Shown: one piece after another, positions 49,817 through 60,618 of the stretch
How the letters are laid out: the number at the start of each line of letters is the position of its first letter
Position numbering within the stretch: position 1 is the first letter of the stretch
Source of the DNA: Spirochaetia bacterium
GTDB taxonomy: Bacteria > Spirochaetota > Spirochaetia > UBA9216
Direction of reading: 5' to 3'
Length of the DNA stretch: 64,000 nt
Assembly: GCA_965140585.1 (NCBI GenBank)
Contig: OZ223266.1
Location: 32,001 to 96,000, forward strand
Notes under the pieces: generated by a model
The model's input: only the letters and a program-made list of their open reading frames with translations
What the model was told of the DNA's origin: nothing
The model's database searches: none
Program-made: the position numbers and the translations under genes

Positions 49817-50932
49817 TCAGGAGTTATGGCCGGACAGTATCTTCTGAATCAGGGAGGCACGGTTGCTTACCTCCATCTTGTTGAAGATATTCTGAAGGTG
49901 CTTTTTTACAGTAACTTCGCTGATAAACAGTTCTTTTGCGATTTGTGAATTGCTCAGGCCTTTGATAACCTGATTAACTACTTCAGTTTCACGTGTGCTT
50001 AGTCTGTAGGATTCTGAAATACTTATGTTATCCTGTGCTGCAAGCTTCGCTGTCTCATTGAAGTTGATCAGTATAAAATCTCCCCTTTTCTGTAGATCAT
50101 TATTTTCAATAAAATCCGAGCGGACAGAAAAGGTGGAAGTCCCGTTTTTAAAAATTCTCTTTCTGGGCAGAATCAGATCAGGATTATGTTTGACGCTTAG
50201 TTCATCAAGCATTTCAGAGTAATCCCTGACTACCTGCGGATGAATGTCGTTAAAACCCTTTATCTCAAAGGAATCTGTCCGAAGCCGTTTGCAGAGCTGC
50301 ATCGCCCTGCTGTTCATGTGAATAAGCCTTTTGGATGAATCAAGCAGCATCAGCCCGCTGTTCAGATTATCTTCAATCATCCGTAAAAGGCTGTTGTTGT
50401 TTTCCATTTCTGCTTTCATTCTATTCATTTCAACAGCCTGGATCATAAAGGGTGTTATTTCTTTTGCGGTAGTGATTTCTTCTTCTGTGAAATTACCGCT
50501 TTCCTTTGATTTTGTGAGCAGAATTTTCCCGAGTAGTTCCTTGCCGGATTTTAATGAAACAATCAGCTTGTAATGTATTTTCTGCGGAGAAAGGAAGTCC
50601 GAATAATACTCACTGCGTTCACAGCCTGAGTAATCAACATTTTCCACTAATTCGATATCGATTAAGTTATGTTTCTGCAGTCCCATCAAATCAAGAGGGT
50701 CAAAACGGTGGTAATAGCTTTTATAGTCTTTGTTGTACTGCTCATCCATATTGGCTTTCAGTACATCGGTGAAATGTTCGCTGTCTTCCTTCTGGAAATA
50801 GATGGAACTCTCGCCCCCGAAGTTTTTATTGTACAGATCCAGGATTTTCTGATTCACACAGCCGCTGTTGTTTGATATTTTAGCGGTATCTATAACATCG
50901 AGAATATCTTTTAGAGGGAGGCTTTCGGTCAT
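49817..50932 (-). CDS. LuxR-family regulator with N-terminal sensor domains
   Basis: C-terminal LSTRETEV..GLSNSQIAKELFISEVTVKKHL. Start placed at MTESL, which has an AGGA RBS. Confidence 0.85.
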   Translation of the reverse strand: MTESLPLKDILDVIDTAKISNNSGCVNQKILDLYNKNFGGESSIYFQKEDSEHFTDVLKANMDEQYNKDYKSYYHRFDPLDLMGLQKHNLIDIELVENVDYSGCERSEYYSDFLSPQKIHYKLIVSLKSGKELLGKILLTKSKESGNFTEEEITTAKEITPFMIQAVEMNRMKAEMENNNSLLRMIEDNLNSGLMLLDSSKRLIHMNSRAMQLCKRLRTDSFEIKGFNDIHPQVVRDYSEMLDELSVKHNPDLILPRKRIFKNGTSTFSVRSDFIENNDLQKRGDFILINFNETAKLAAQDNISISESYRLSTRETEVVNQVIKGLSNSQIAKELFISEVTVKKHLQNIFNKMEVSNRASLIQKILSGHNS

Positions 50933-51044
50933 TTGACTATTCCTGCTCCAGTTAAATTTCAGAATCAGGCAAGATGTCAGTATCTCAGAATATAATGGGC
51001 ATGATCCGCTGTCAAGCTTTTTATCGAATGTATTCGATTGGCGG

Positions 51045-51083
51045 TCCATCCTGTATCGTCGGATGGCGACGATACAGGATGGA
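51045..51083 (-). terminator. Perfect 17-bp inverted repeat downstream of the MCP gene (terminator-like, no clear U-tract)
   Basis: TCCATCCTGTATCGTCG-GATGG-CGACGATACAGGATGGA. Confidence 0.6.
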
Positions 51084-51115
51084 TTTAATATTTATCACCT
51101 AAAGAATTCAGAGAC

Positions 51116-53068
51116 TTAAAATTCTTCGAAAAGCATGTCTGTGTCATCTTCATTTATCTGATTAACCTTTTTCACAGGTGTGATTTTTACGGGGACTGCC
51201 AGTCTTGCTGTTTGATTATCCTTCTGCCCTGCAGTGTTATCATTTAATGATTTATCAACTTCTGGCGATTTCTTCCCCGCTGCATTATTTCTAATTTTAA
51301 AGAATGATATTAGTTTCCCAAGGTTTTCAGCCTGAGTATACAGTTCTTCGGCCATAGCAAGAGACTCTTCCGCTGAGGCTGCATTAGACTGAATAACCTG
51401 GTCCAGCTGCATTATGACAGTACTTATCTGCTGTGCTCCTGTTGACTGCTCAAGACTGGTGGCTGATATTTCCTGGACAAGATCGGCGGTCTTTCTTATA
51501 TTTGGAATCATTTCAGAAATTACTGCTCCTGCATGTTCAGCCTTCTTAACACTTTCATTTGCTATTTCAAATATCTCTGTTGAGGCCTTCTGGCTGTTGG
51601 CCGCAAGTTTGCCAACTTCGGCAGCTACAACGGCAAAACCTTTTCCATATTCTCCCGCCCTGGCAGCTTCTATTGCCGCGTTAAGAGAGAGCAGGTTTGT
51701 CTGTCTTGCTATTTCATCAATTACTTTTATTTTCTCAGCAATATTTCTCATCGCCTCAACTGTTTCGCTTACAGCCAAACCTCCGGCATCCGCATCTTCA
51801 GCGGCCTGAGCTCCAATTCTTTCAGTCTGATATGCATTGTCTTTGTTCTGGTCGATTGAACTGCTGATTTCCTCAATCGATGATGAGACTTCTTCTGATA
51901 TTGATGCCTGCTCGGTGGCTCCCTGTGACAGCTGTTCTGATGTAGACGTCAGCTGTGAGCTTCCCCTTGATACAATTTCAGATGCTTCCATTACTTCTAG
52001 AACTATTTCATTGAGCTTTTTTATCAGGTCATTAAAAGAGCCGGCAAGCTCTCCTGTTTCATCCTTCCTTTTAAGCATACGTTCGTCAAAATCAATTTTA
52101 AGATCACCTTCTGAAAGAAGATTTGCATATCCTGCCGTAATCCGTATCGGTGAGACTATCGAACGTGAAATTAGAAAAATAACTATAAATCCGATTACAA
52201 AACAGAACGCGGTTATTATTATACTGAGCCGGAGAAGTTTTGTTATCACACTGAATATATCTGCATCTTCCGCAGTTACTCCGATTATCCAGCCTGATTC
52301 TGCGCTCTCCTTATAAATATTGGTCTTACTTTCTCCCTTGAATTTTTAATGTATAGTCCCTGTCTTATTGCTGACGATCTCTCTGCCGAAATCATATGTT
52401 TTAAGATCAAATTTGAGCAGCTGTGTTTTATCGGGATATCCAATCATTATACCGTCAGAATCGCTTAAGAAGGCATATCCTGTAGACCCTATTTTGACTG
52501 AATCAAGGTAGTTGGTATTGAAGTATGTCTGATCAATTACTGCAAAGAATACTGCAGTTATTTTTCCATCGATTATGATGGGGGTTGCCGTACCGAAAAC
52601 CGGATTTTCTGTAACCTTGCTCATAATGACTGCCCCTGCAGCTGTCTTTCCCTGCATAGCGAGTTTAAAATAATCCCTGTCAGCAATCGAAACTTTGTTT
52701 ATAAGAGCCTCATTGTCACTGGCAATAATCATTCCGCTGATGTCTGCAATCCCCAGGCTTTCATACTCCTCTCTTCCTTTTTTAATCTTATTCAGTTCTA
52801 AAACAGCACGGCTGAACAATTCATCTGTTCTGCCCTCTATGAATTCTGTAAATATTGTGTTTGTACTGAAAATGGACACATCATTTTTTGATTTAACATA
52901 GTATGAATCCAGATCCCGCAGAAGCATATCTGCAACCTGATTCATTTCACTCTCAATAATACGCCTGATTTCACCCTTGAAATTTGAGTATAGAATTAAT
53001 GAGATGGCGGACATGCCTATAATCAGAATAAGACTGGTAGGAATTAGTATCTTTTCTTTGAGTTTCAT
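51116..53068 (-). pseudogene. dCache-HAMP methyl-accepting chemotaxis protein with one in-frame TAA at 52346-52348
   Basis: Both ORFs share a frame (GTIH*KFKGESK..SGWIIG). Motifs [29 protein letters not shown] and C-terminal pentapeptide-like LFEEF. Confidence 0.85.
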
Positions 53069-53368
53069 CTTTATATTCTCCCTGTTGAAAATCTGTTGTA
53101 AAAAGTAATGCTTGACTGTTGCTAAACATCAGCGAGACTTTAATCACTTTTGATAGCTATGGTAAATTCTATGATTTAGTTTCGGGAAAGCAAGAAAAAA
53201 TTATTTTTTCCAAGTTTTGTGTTTAATTATAATATCAGAAAGATAGTCTGTACGATGCATATCTATTGTGCAATTCCACATGAAACATGCTTTTATAGCC
53301 ATTGATGACTCAATAATTTCTCATAGATTAATACTCCGGCTTGATAACAGTCTCTTTTTATGAGATTA

Positions 53369-53516
53369 TACACTGTACATTTCAATGGAAGCGAGGTGTA
53401 AATCCTCCGCGGACCCGCCACTGTAATTGGCATTAGTCCCGTCTATACCACTGTGCGCAAGCATGGGAAGGTTCGGGATATCCGGATATGCCATAAGTCA
53501 GGAAACATTGGTGTAA
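53369..53516 (+). ncRNA. Cobalamin riboswitch
   Basis: GGAA, T-loop hairpin GAGGTGTAAATCCTC, CCCGCCACTGTAA, CCACTG...GGGAAG and B12-box AAGTCAGGAAAC. Lies upstream of btu genes. Confidence 0.9.
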
Positions 53517-53624
53517 CACCCAACTTTATTATTTGGCTTCGAGGACTGAGCCGGATTTACCTGATACTATTTTTCGTATAACTAGTAAGGTATTCTCCGC
53601 TTTTCCTTTGAAAAGGAGAAACAA

Positions 53625-54140
53625 ATGAAACAGAAAAAACTATTTAAGACACTAGCAATGCTGCTTGCCCTTTCCGTGATCATTCTTTCATCAACCGGGT
53701 GCAGCGATGTCCTGGGCTTTTTAACCGAACCTTCCCTGATAGGGGAATGGGATGCCGGTTATGGCACTACCTGGACTTTCAGCTCTGATTCTACTTTTGC
53801 CGAGGATGATTCCAGTGCCTTCGACTGGGATTACAGCGGCGATATCGTCAAGTACAGCAATATCACATACAATGATGAATCTGAGAATCCGGATGATGCG
53901 GATAATTACGGGTACCTCCTGATTAAGTATACAGCTCACTTAGAATCCTCTTATGTGGATACTTACTCGGTTATCCGATGGTATAACCTGCAGACCGTAG
54001 ATGGAGTAACAACTGTACAGTACTCTGAAGGGTTTAAGTTCGGTGCAGATAAAATAACCGATCCTGATGAAGCTCTTGCAACTATTACAGAAGCGAATGG
54101 GTACTTCAGTATTTTCTCTACCCTGACTCTTTCAGAGTAA
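53625..54140 (+). CDS. Hypothetical acidic lipoprotein
   Basis: Basic N-terminus, hydrophobic stretch and lipobox-like STGC. Mature part is Tyr/Asp-rich and beta-strand-like (LIGEW start). AAGGAG RBS. Confidence 0.78.
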   Translation: MKQKKLFKTLAMLLALSVIILSSTGCSDVLGFLTEPSLIGEWDAGYGTTWTFSSDSTFAEDDSSAFDWDYSGDIVKYSNITYNDESENPDDADNYGYLLIKYTAHLESSYVDTYSVIRWYNLQTVDGVTTVQYSEGFKFGADKITDPDEALATITEANGYFSIFSTLTLSE

Positions 54141-54152
54141 CGGGTTCTGATT

Positions 54153-55178
54153 ATGCCGGTAACAAAAAAACAATTTTTTAATTTTTTCCGCTTTATTGTT
54201 CCGGTTTTCTTGCTTGTATTTACTTCAGGATGCGGGGGCTATCCGGATGGTCCTTACAGCCCTGATACAGATGATGCAGCATCAGGTCCCTGGGAAGAGG
54301 TTCTGGCAGGTGATTCCGGGTATCCGGACAATGTTTATCTGACCGCGGTGCTTGACTGGGAATTCGGACAGGTAGGGGAAGTCAGAGTCTCCGATTCTCC
54401 TGATTATTACAATTCAGAAAGGTATCCGCTTGACAGCACTGCGGAAGGAGCCTGCGGCCCTCCTGAGGGTTCTGTAGCCGTTTGGAGTTCAAAAGCTGAT
54501 ATGACAGTTCTTGGTGAAGGCGGCTGGGGAATTTGGCAGTTTGATGCCGACTGGGTTATTGTTGACGGCGAGGGAGATGATTTTGTGACATTCTCAAATC
54601 ACAACCTTCTAAGCGGTGTCGCCGACGGTTCATGGAATGAGCTTGCATATGTATGGGTTGCTGAAACTTACGATCCTGATAATCCGGAAGGTACTGTCTG
54701 GTATAAAAGTTCGGCTGAAACATATGTTGTTAATACTTCTCCCGGAACAATAAATGATAACTACGACTGGTCTGAGGTTTCAGGTCTGCATGGAAACAAT
54801 CACACCTGGGCAAATTTCAGAGATGAGATAGAGGCTGAAGAGCTTGATTCCAATGAGCGCTATCAGGAGGTAACTGATTCTGAAGGGAATCAGGTATATG
54901 TATCACGTTACTTCAGTCCGAATCCGGATGATCCCGGGTATGAGTCTTATCCATATATAGGCGGTGATTATTTTGATCTGGCTGATTTTTATACTGTCAA
55001 TGAGTCAAACTCGTCATGGCCTGATGGTGAATCTTCCTGGCCGTCCAATGGTAAAATGCGGTACATTCGTTTTGAAGATGCTCCCGAGGCCCTAGACGGT
55101 CAGGACTGTAGGCCAGTCTGGATGACAGGTGCCAGGATAATGGCGGCAATGGGGATTAATGTTGAAGAAGCTCCCTGA
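54153..55178 (+). CDS. Surface lipoprotein with a BtuH-like domain
   Basis: Lipobox TSGC. Pattern VLGEGG..WQF...IVDGEGDDF.TFSN...ELAYVWVA...GGDYFDL...YIRF.D recalls BtuH-type domains (recognised from memory, not aligned). Confidence 0.55.
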   Translation: MPVTKKQFFNFFRFIVPVFLLVFTSGCGGYPDGPYSPDTDDAASGPWEEVLAGDSGYPDNVYLTAVLDWEFGQVGEVRVSDSPDYYNSERYPLDSTAEGACGPPEGSVAVWSSKADMTVLGEGGWGIWQFDADWVIVDGEGDDFVTFSNHNLLSGVADGSWNELAYVWVAETYDPDNPEGTVWYKSSAETYVVNTSPGTINDNYDWSEVSGLHGNNHTWANFRDEIEAEELDSNERYQEVTDSEGNQVYVSRYFSPNPDDPGYESYPYIGGDYFDLADFYTVNESNSSWPDGESSWPSNGKMRYIRFEDAPEALDGQDCRPVWMTGARIMAAMGINVEEAP

Positions 55179-57189
55179 TTTTATTTTTATTCTGATCCTT
55201 TTCACCTTATCGCTATCTCATCTGTTCGCCCAGGATGATCAAGCCATTGGATACGAAATATCCGCTGATGATACCTATACATATGAGGGTGAGGTCGTCA
55301 TTGAAGACAGCGCTGTCGACGAGGAAAAGCTCATTACTCCAGGTCAGGTTTCTGTAATTGACCGCGAAGACATTGAAACAAGCGGAGCCCGAACTGTTGC
55401 CGAGGCTGTTGAGCAGGTGCCGGGAGTTGTAATTGCCAAACAGGGCGGGGTGCTTGAACCGGTTAAGATAAGCATCAGGGGCAGCACCGACGCACAGGTA
55501 CTTATCCTTATTGATGGCAAACCCTCAGCTTCGGTCTGGAGCGGTGCCTCCGACCTCGGCGGAATCCGGCTTGAAAATGTCGAACGCATTGAAGTGATAC
55601 GCGGAGCCGGAGCAGCTATGTACGGCGACGGTGCATTCAGCGGAGTAATCAACATAATCACCAGAGAGCCTGAAAAAAAGCATTTAACAGCTGAGGCTTC
55701 TTACGGCTACGGTGCCTGGAATACGCATCTGCTTAATGCCTTAATATCCGGCCCTTTGTTCGGCGAAAGCGGTTTCGATGTATCCATATCCGGCGGCGGA
55801 TTGTATACCGGCGGAAACTATGAATACAGTTCGCAGGAAGGCAGTTTAGTACGTGAGAATAACAGCGGCTGGAGCGCCGGAGGATCCGGAGTTTTTAACT
55901 GGGTAGAACCTGAAGAGTCTATGATTTCAGTCTCTGCCGATACAGTATTTGACTATACGAACCGCGGAGTTCCGGGAATCTCAGAGTTCCTGACGCCTGA
56001 AGCAGAAATTACAGAGCGCACTGCCGGTATCTCACTTAATGGAACTCTGGACACCGAAGCTTCCGGGGCTTTTTTCATTTCTGCATCCCTTGATAATCTG
56101 TACAGCAACTATATCAATCCTGAAGATGATGTAAATAACATCAACGACAATACTTCGATAGCCTCTGAATTCTCCTGGCAGATTTTTCAGGAAACAGGAG
56201 CACTTCTTCTGGATTATAAGGCAGGCCTGAAATATTCATTCGATTACCTGTATTCGAACGCCCTCTCCGACAGTACACTCTCTGCAGTTGACGGTAATGC
56301 CTCGCAGCACTCGGGCAGCAGCTGGCTTAATCTAACCGCTGAATACGGCAGTTTCGATCTGATTCCTGCGGTTCGATATGATTTTGATTACAGCACGTAT
56401 GCAGGATACGGCGATATCTTCAACAATTTCTTCTCATGGTCTGCGGCAGCCGGATATTCGCCATTCAGGACTGAAACCGCTGAAGGTCCGCTTTATCTAA
56501 AACTGAATGCTGGTACCGGATACAACAGTCCGTCTTTCCGTGATCTTTTCTGGCCCTCCGGCTCATTCGCTTCCGGTAATCCCGATCTGGAACCCGAAAC
56601 AAGCTTCAGCTGGGATGCGGGACTGTATCTTAATCTGGATGAATCAGGATTAAGTCTTGAAGCTGTATTCTTTCATTCCGATCTTGAGAACCTTATACAG
56701 TGGATGCCGTCCGCGGGCGGTATCTGGCGTCCCCGTAATATCGGGCTTGCAGAAAATTACGGAATAGAGACCTCTGCGTCATGGCTGTACGAACCAGTTA
56801 TCATTCCGATCCTTTTTGATCTGACTGCAGCCTACAGCTGGCTGAACTGTGTAGATGCAGATGAGACCTCGGTAAATCTCGGTAAACAGCTTGCCTACCG
56901 GCCCGGGCATACAGCCGATATTTCACTGCGCCTGACTGATGAATTCGATGATACTCTCGAGATCGGCGGATCATTTATCAGCTACAGGTATACGAATAAT
57001 TCAAACACAAAGGCTCTTGATGCAGCCTTTATCCTGTCGGCAGCCCTGAATGTTAATATCGGAGAGAGTTTCAGGCTTTCGGCAATTGCGGACAACATTA
57101 CAAATATCGAATATATCGACCGGCTCGGCTATCCCGTGCCCGGATTTGAATGGACCATAAAGGGTAAATACTACTATGAAAATAAATAG
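55159..57189 (+). CDS. btuB: TonB-dependent receptor, BtuB-like
   Basis: Plug motifs VSVIDREDIE, ISIRGS, LILIDG, VERIEVIRG...YG...GVINIIT. GNPDLEPE and GYPVPG. Behind a cobalamin riboswitch. Confidence 0.87.
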   Translation: MLKKLPDFIFILILFTLSLSHLFAQDDQAIGYEISADDTYTYEGEVVIEDSAVDEEKLITPGQVSVIDREDIETSGARTVAEAVEQVPGVVIAKQGGVLEPVKISIRGSTDAQVLILIDGKPSASVWSGASDLGGIRLENVERIEVIRGAGAAMYGDGAFSGVINIITREPEKKHLTAEASYGYGAWNTHLLNALISGPLFGESGFDVSISGGGLYTGGNYEYSSQEGSLVRENNSGWSAGGSGVFNWVEPEESMISVSADTVFDYTNRGVPGISEFLTPEAEITERTAGISLNGTLDTEASGAFFISASLDNLYSNYINPEDDVNNINDNTSIASEFSWQIFQETGALLLDYKAGLKYSFDYLYSNALSDSTLSAVDGNASQHSGSSWLNLTAEYGSFDLIPAVRYDFDYSTYAGYGDIFNNFFSWSAAAGYSPFRTETAEGPLYLKLNAGTGYNSPSFRDLFWPSGSFASGNPDLEPETSFSWDAGLYLNLDESGLSLEAVFFHSDLENLIQWMPSAGGIWRPRNIGLAENYGIETSASWLYEPVIIPILFDLTAAYSWLNCVDADETSVNLGKQLAYRPGHTADISLRLTDEFDDTLEIGGSFISYRYTNNSNTKALDAAFILSAALNVNIGESFRLSAIADNITNIEYIDRLGYPVPGFEWTIKGKYYYENK

Positions 57190-58657
57190 ATCCGGAGCTG
57201 GAATCAGCTGCGTAGGAGCGATTATATCTGCATTGATTTTGTTAATCACCTTATCCTGTACGCCTGTTTATGATACCGAATATCAGGCTTTTTTTGCAGC
57301 AGATGTTCAAAGATGCCTCTATATACTGAACGGCTCGGCTGAAAATCTGAGCGGACTGGATCTTGATGAAGGTGAAATATATAACTCACTGCAGACTGTC
57401 GGATACTATAACAGCAGCAGTGCCGTTCCCAATGACATCTATCAGTATGGCGGAAGACTCTATGTAATTCTGTCAGGTCAGAATTCCATTGAAGCATATG
57501 ATGCCGGTGAATCCGCCGATGATCAGCTTCTGGACTACCTGACTGATTACAGGCATTATTTTAAAAACGGCTACAATCCGATGTATTTCATACCTGTTGA
57601 CGGAACCTCATGGGTTTTTGTTTCCGGATACAAGACTGATGAAGTACAGCTTGTTAACCTTGATGATACTGAGACTGGCTACAGTTTTACCGCCTGCTTT
57701 GAAGAGGTTGATGATTCTTCATTTACACATTCCGAAATCCAGACAACGCCGACTATAAAAAATGCAACAGGCGATAATAAAAAACGGGGCTCTACATCAG
57801 GCTCTGTTTATATCGACGGAAGTACAGGCTGGCTCTATGTTACCAATGTCCGCTATGATGCGGGAATCCTGCTGACCGAAGGTGATACCCTTGCAGAGTA
57901 CAGCGGAAGCAATGTTCAGGCGCCGGGAGAGTTCCGTGAAGCTACATTAAGTATCTTCAGTTTCAACGCTTCGGCACTTACCGACGGAGCTTCTGAATCT
58001 TCGATAAACCTTCAGCTGGTGTCGGAAGTAAATCTTGAGGATTTTTATTATAGCGCTGCCGGTGGTCAGTACTTTCCGGGAAACGGACTTAACCCCCAGT
58101 CTTCATTTATTCACAACGGCCTGCTGAGCATAGTCTGCACCGGAACCAACGGCGGTTCTGTATCTTATTTCTCAGACTCTGAATACCTGCCGTACCTGTC
58201 CGGCTCAACAACCGTGCGGTATGAGGTCGGCGCTGAAAAACCCGGCACCAATCCCGACGACGGTGTAATTCTTGTCCTTGATTTAAGCAGTCCGGAAGTT
58301 CCTGTCTATGCGGGGCATCTGGATATCGGTGGTTCACCGGTAATGTTCCGGGAATCCGTTGATGAATCGGGACAGACAGTCTACCTTGCCGGGGTAGGGG
58401 GGATTCAGTCTTTTAAATACGGAAACGGTTTTTCCAGCTTTTCAGTGCTTCATTCATCCGATAACATGATAATCGAAGCTGAGAATTCCGCATATGACTA
58501 TTATTCAGGTCTGAGTTATGATGAGAATGATGATCTACTTTATATCAGTTTTTTCAGTGAAGACAAAATAGTGGCTGTAACCCCGCAGGGAGTCTCTGCG
58601 GGTTCATGGATTTCCGGGGATGGACCCGGTGCTTTATTAATATATAACAAAGAATAA
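57176..58657 (+). CDS. Beta-propeller surface lipoprotein, BtuG/YncE-like
   Basis: Lipobox TLSC. Blade-like motifs LYILNG, PND....RLYVI.SG.NSI, NP..F, LYVTN, NPQ, GDGPG. Directly after btuB. Confidence 0.6.
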   Translation: MKINRSGAGISCVGAIISALILLITLSCTPVYDTEYQAFFAADVQRCLYILNGSAENLSGLDLDEGEIYNSLQTVGYYNSSSAVPNDIYQYGGRLYVILSGQNSIEAYDAGESADDQLLDYLTDYRHYFKNGYNPMYFIPVDGTSWVFVSGYKTDEVQLVNLDDTETGYSFTACFEEVDDSSFTHSEIQTTPTIKNATGDNKKRGSTSGSVYIDGSTGWLYVTNVRYDAGILLTEGDTLAEYSGSNVQAPGEFREATLSIFSFNASALTDGASESSINLQLVSEVNLEDFYYSAAGGQYFPGNGLNPQSSFIHNGLLSIVCTGTNGGSVSYFSDSEYLPYLSGSTTVRYEVGAEKPGTNPDDGVILVLDLSSPEVPVYAGHLDIGGSPVMFRESVDESGQTVYLAGVGGIQSFKYGNGFSSFSVLHSSDNMIIEAENSAYDYYSGLSYDENDDLLYISFFSEDKIVAVTPQGVSAGSWISGDGPGALLIYNKE

Positions 58658-58659
58658 TA

Positions 58660-59570
58660 ATGGAGAACATCCTGATGCTGAAAAATAAAACCATTGTCAT
58701 TTTCATCCTTCTTACTATTCTGCCTTTTACAGCTTTCGCCGGTGGCGTCAAAGAAGAGACTACCTTAATGGACAGCCGGTCTGAAACTGAGGCAGGCCCT
58801 GCAGCTGATTCTTCCGGGACTCTCAGGGTCGTTTCTCTGGGCCCTAACATAACTGAAACTATCTTTGCTCTTGGCAAGGGAGATCTTCTTGTCGGAAGGA
58901 CTGATTACTGTGACTACCCTCCAGAGGCATTGAGTATTCAGTCAATAGGCTCAATTCAGGAACCGAATACCGAAATGATAATAGCCCTTGAACCCGATCT
59001 TGCTATTGCCTCTACTCACGGCTCAAAAGCGGCGGGAAACCTTCTGCAGCAGGCCGGTATTGATGTAAGATTTTACTACGCCCTGAAGAATTTGAGGGGC
59101 TTTATGATATAATCGGTAAAATAGGTGCAGACCTTGGAGCTGAAGATTCTGCTGAAAAGCTCATAACCGAATTAGAGGGCAGGTATGACGCCCTTGCTGC
59201 CGGTGTTAAATTGATGGACTCTCATCCTGATGTTTATTATGTTGTCGGCTTCGGTGAAGGCGGCGACTGGACAGCTGGAGGAGACACCTTTATAGGGAAG
59301 ATGATTGAATCGGCAGGCGGAAATAATATAGCTGCAGATGTTTCAGGCTGGTCCTTTTCGCTTGAAGTACTTCTTGAGCGGGATCCTCAAATAATCATAA
59401 TTCCGCTTGGAATGAAAGAATCTTTCTGCGGCTACGGGGTATATTCGCAGCTGACTGCGGTACAGGATGGAAGAGTTTTTGAGCTTGATGAAGACATTAT
59501 TACACGGCAGGGGCCAAGGCTTATTGACGGGCTTGAGTCGCTTCATAATCTGTTTACCTCGGTTCAGTAA
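58660..59570 (+). CDS. btuF: Cobalamin ABC transporter substrate-binding protein (1-nt deletion near 59080)
   Basis: RVVSLGPNITE, VGRTDYCDYP, WTAGGDTFI, AVQDGRV, RQGPRL. The two ORFs join with a single base. Confidence 0.82.
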
Positions 59571-59597
59571 GATTGATTTTAATCCGGAGCTTCGCTG

Positions 59598-60618
59598 ATG
59601 TCTAAAAGAACCGCCGTTGTTATTCTGCCTTTTCTTCTGCTTATCTTCCTCATTCCGTTTTCGGCATCATGGGGTGCCGCTGATGTGGGATTTTTAACTG
59701 CGCTTAAAGCTATACTGAACAAAGCCGGAATCACTTCGTTTGATATCCCGCGTTCGGCACTTCTCATTCTTTTTTCAGTCAGGCTTCCCCGTGTACTGCT
59801 CGCAGCATTTGCGGGAGCGGGACTGGCAGCATCCGGTGTTGTCTTTCAGGCGGTATTCCGTAATCCGCTTGCCGAACCATATCTTCTGGGAATCTCTTCC
59901 GGGGCTTCACTCGGTGCTACTGTTGCAATAATATCCGGAGCAGGAATCCTCACTGCCGGCATAGGTATAATATCCGTTTCCGCTTTTATCGGTTCGGTTC
60001 TTACAGTATTTCTCGTTTTCGCTCTGGCCGGAAACCGCCGTGGAGATTTCGGTAAAATGCTTTTGGGAGGCATAGCTATCGGATATATCTTTCAGGCCGG
60101 AATTTCGTTTATGATGATGCTCAACCGCAGTGAGATAGACAGTATTGTAATGTGGATGATGGGAAGTTTTACATCAGCCGGATGGCAGAAGGTAATTCTC
60201 TGCGGCTCTGTTGTCCTTGTCTGCGGCGGCTTTCTTCTGGTCAACTCAAGAAAGCTCAATATAATGTCTCTCGGCAGCACCGAGGCTCACTCCCTGGGGG
60301 TCGATCCTCAGAGTACAGGAGCCTTCTTTCTTATAATAAGCTGTCTTATAATTGCAGCAATAGTTTCAGTATCAGGAATAATCGGATTTATCGGTCTTAT
60401 CGTTTCCCCATCTTATGCGGATGCTTACAGGCCCTGAACACAGCCGCCTGCTTCCAGCTTCCGCAGCTGGGGGAGCCTGCCTTTTGATCCTCTCCGACCT
60501 GGCAGCAAGAATGCTTCTGATACCACAGGAGATTCCCGTCGGAGTCATTACAGCAATTCTGGGAGGCCCCTTCTTCCTTTACATGCTGCGTAAAAGCAGA
60601 AAGGCGGCTGCCTTGTGA
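59598..60618 (+). CDS. btuC: Cobalamin ABC transporter permease (1-nt insertion near 60405)
   Basis: VRLPRV, FRNPLAEPY.LG.SSGA. Removing one T restores GFIGLIVPHLMR. EIPVG. Confidence 0.82.
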
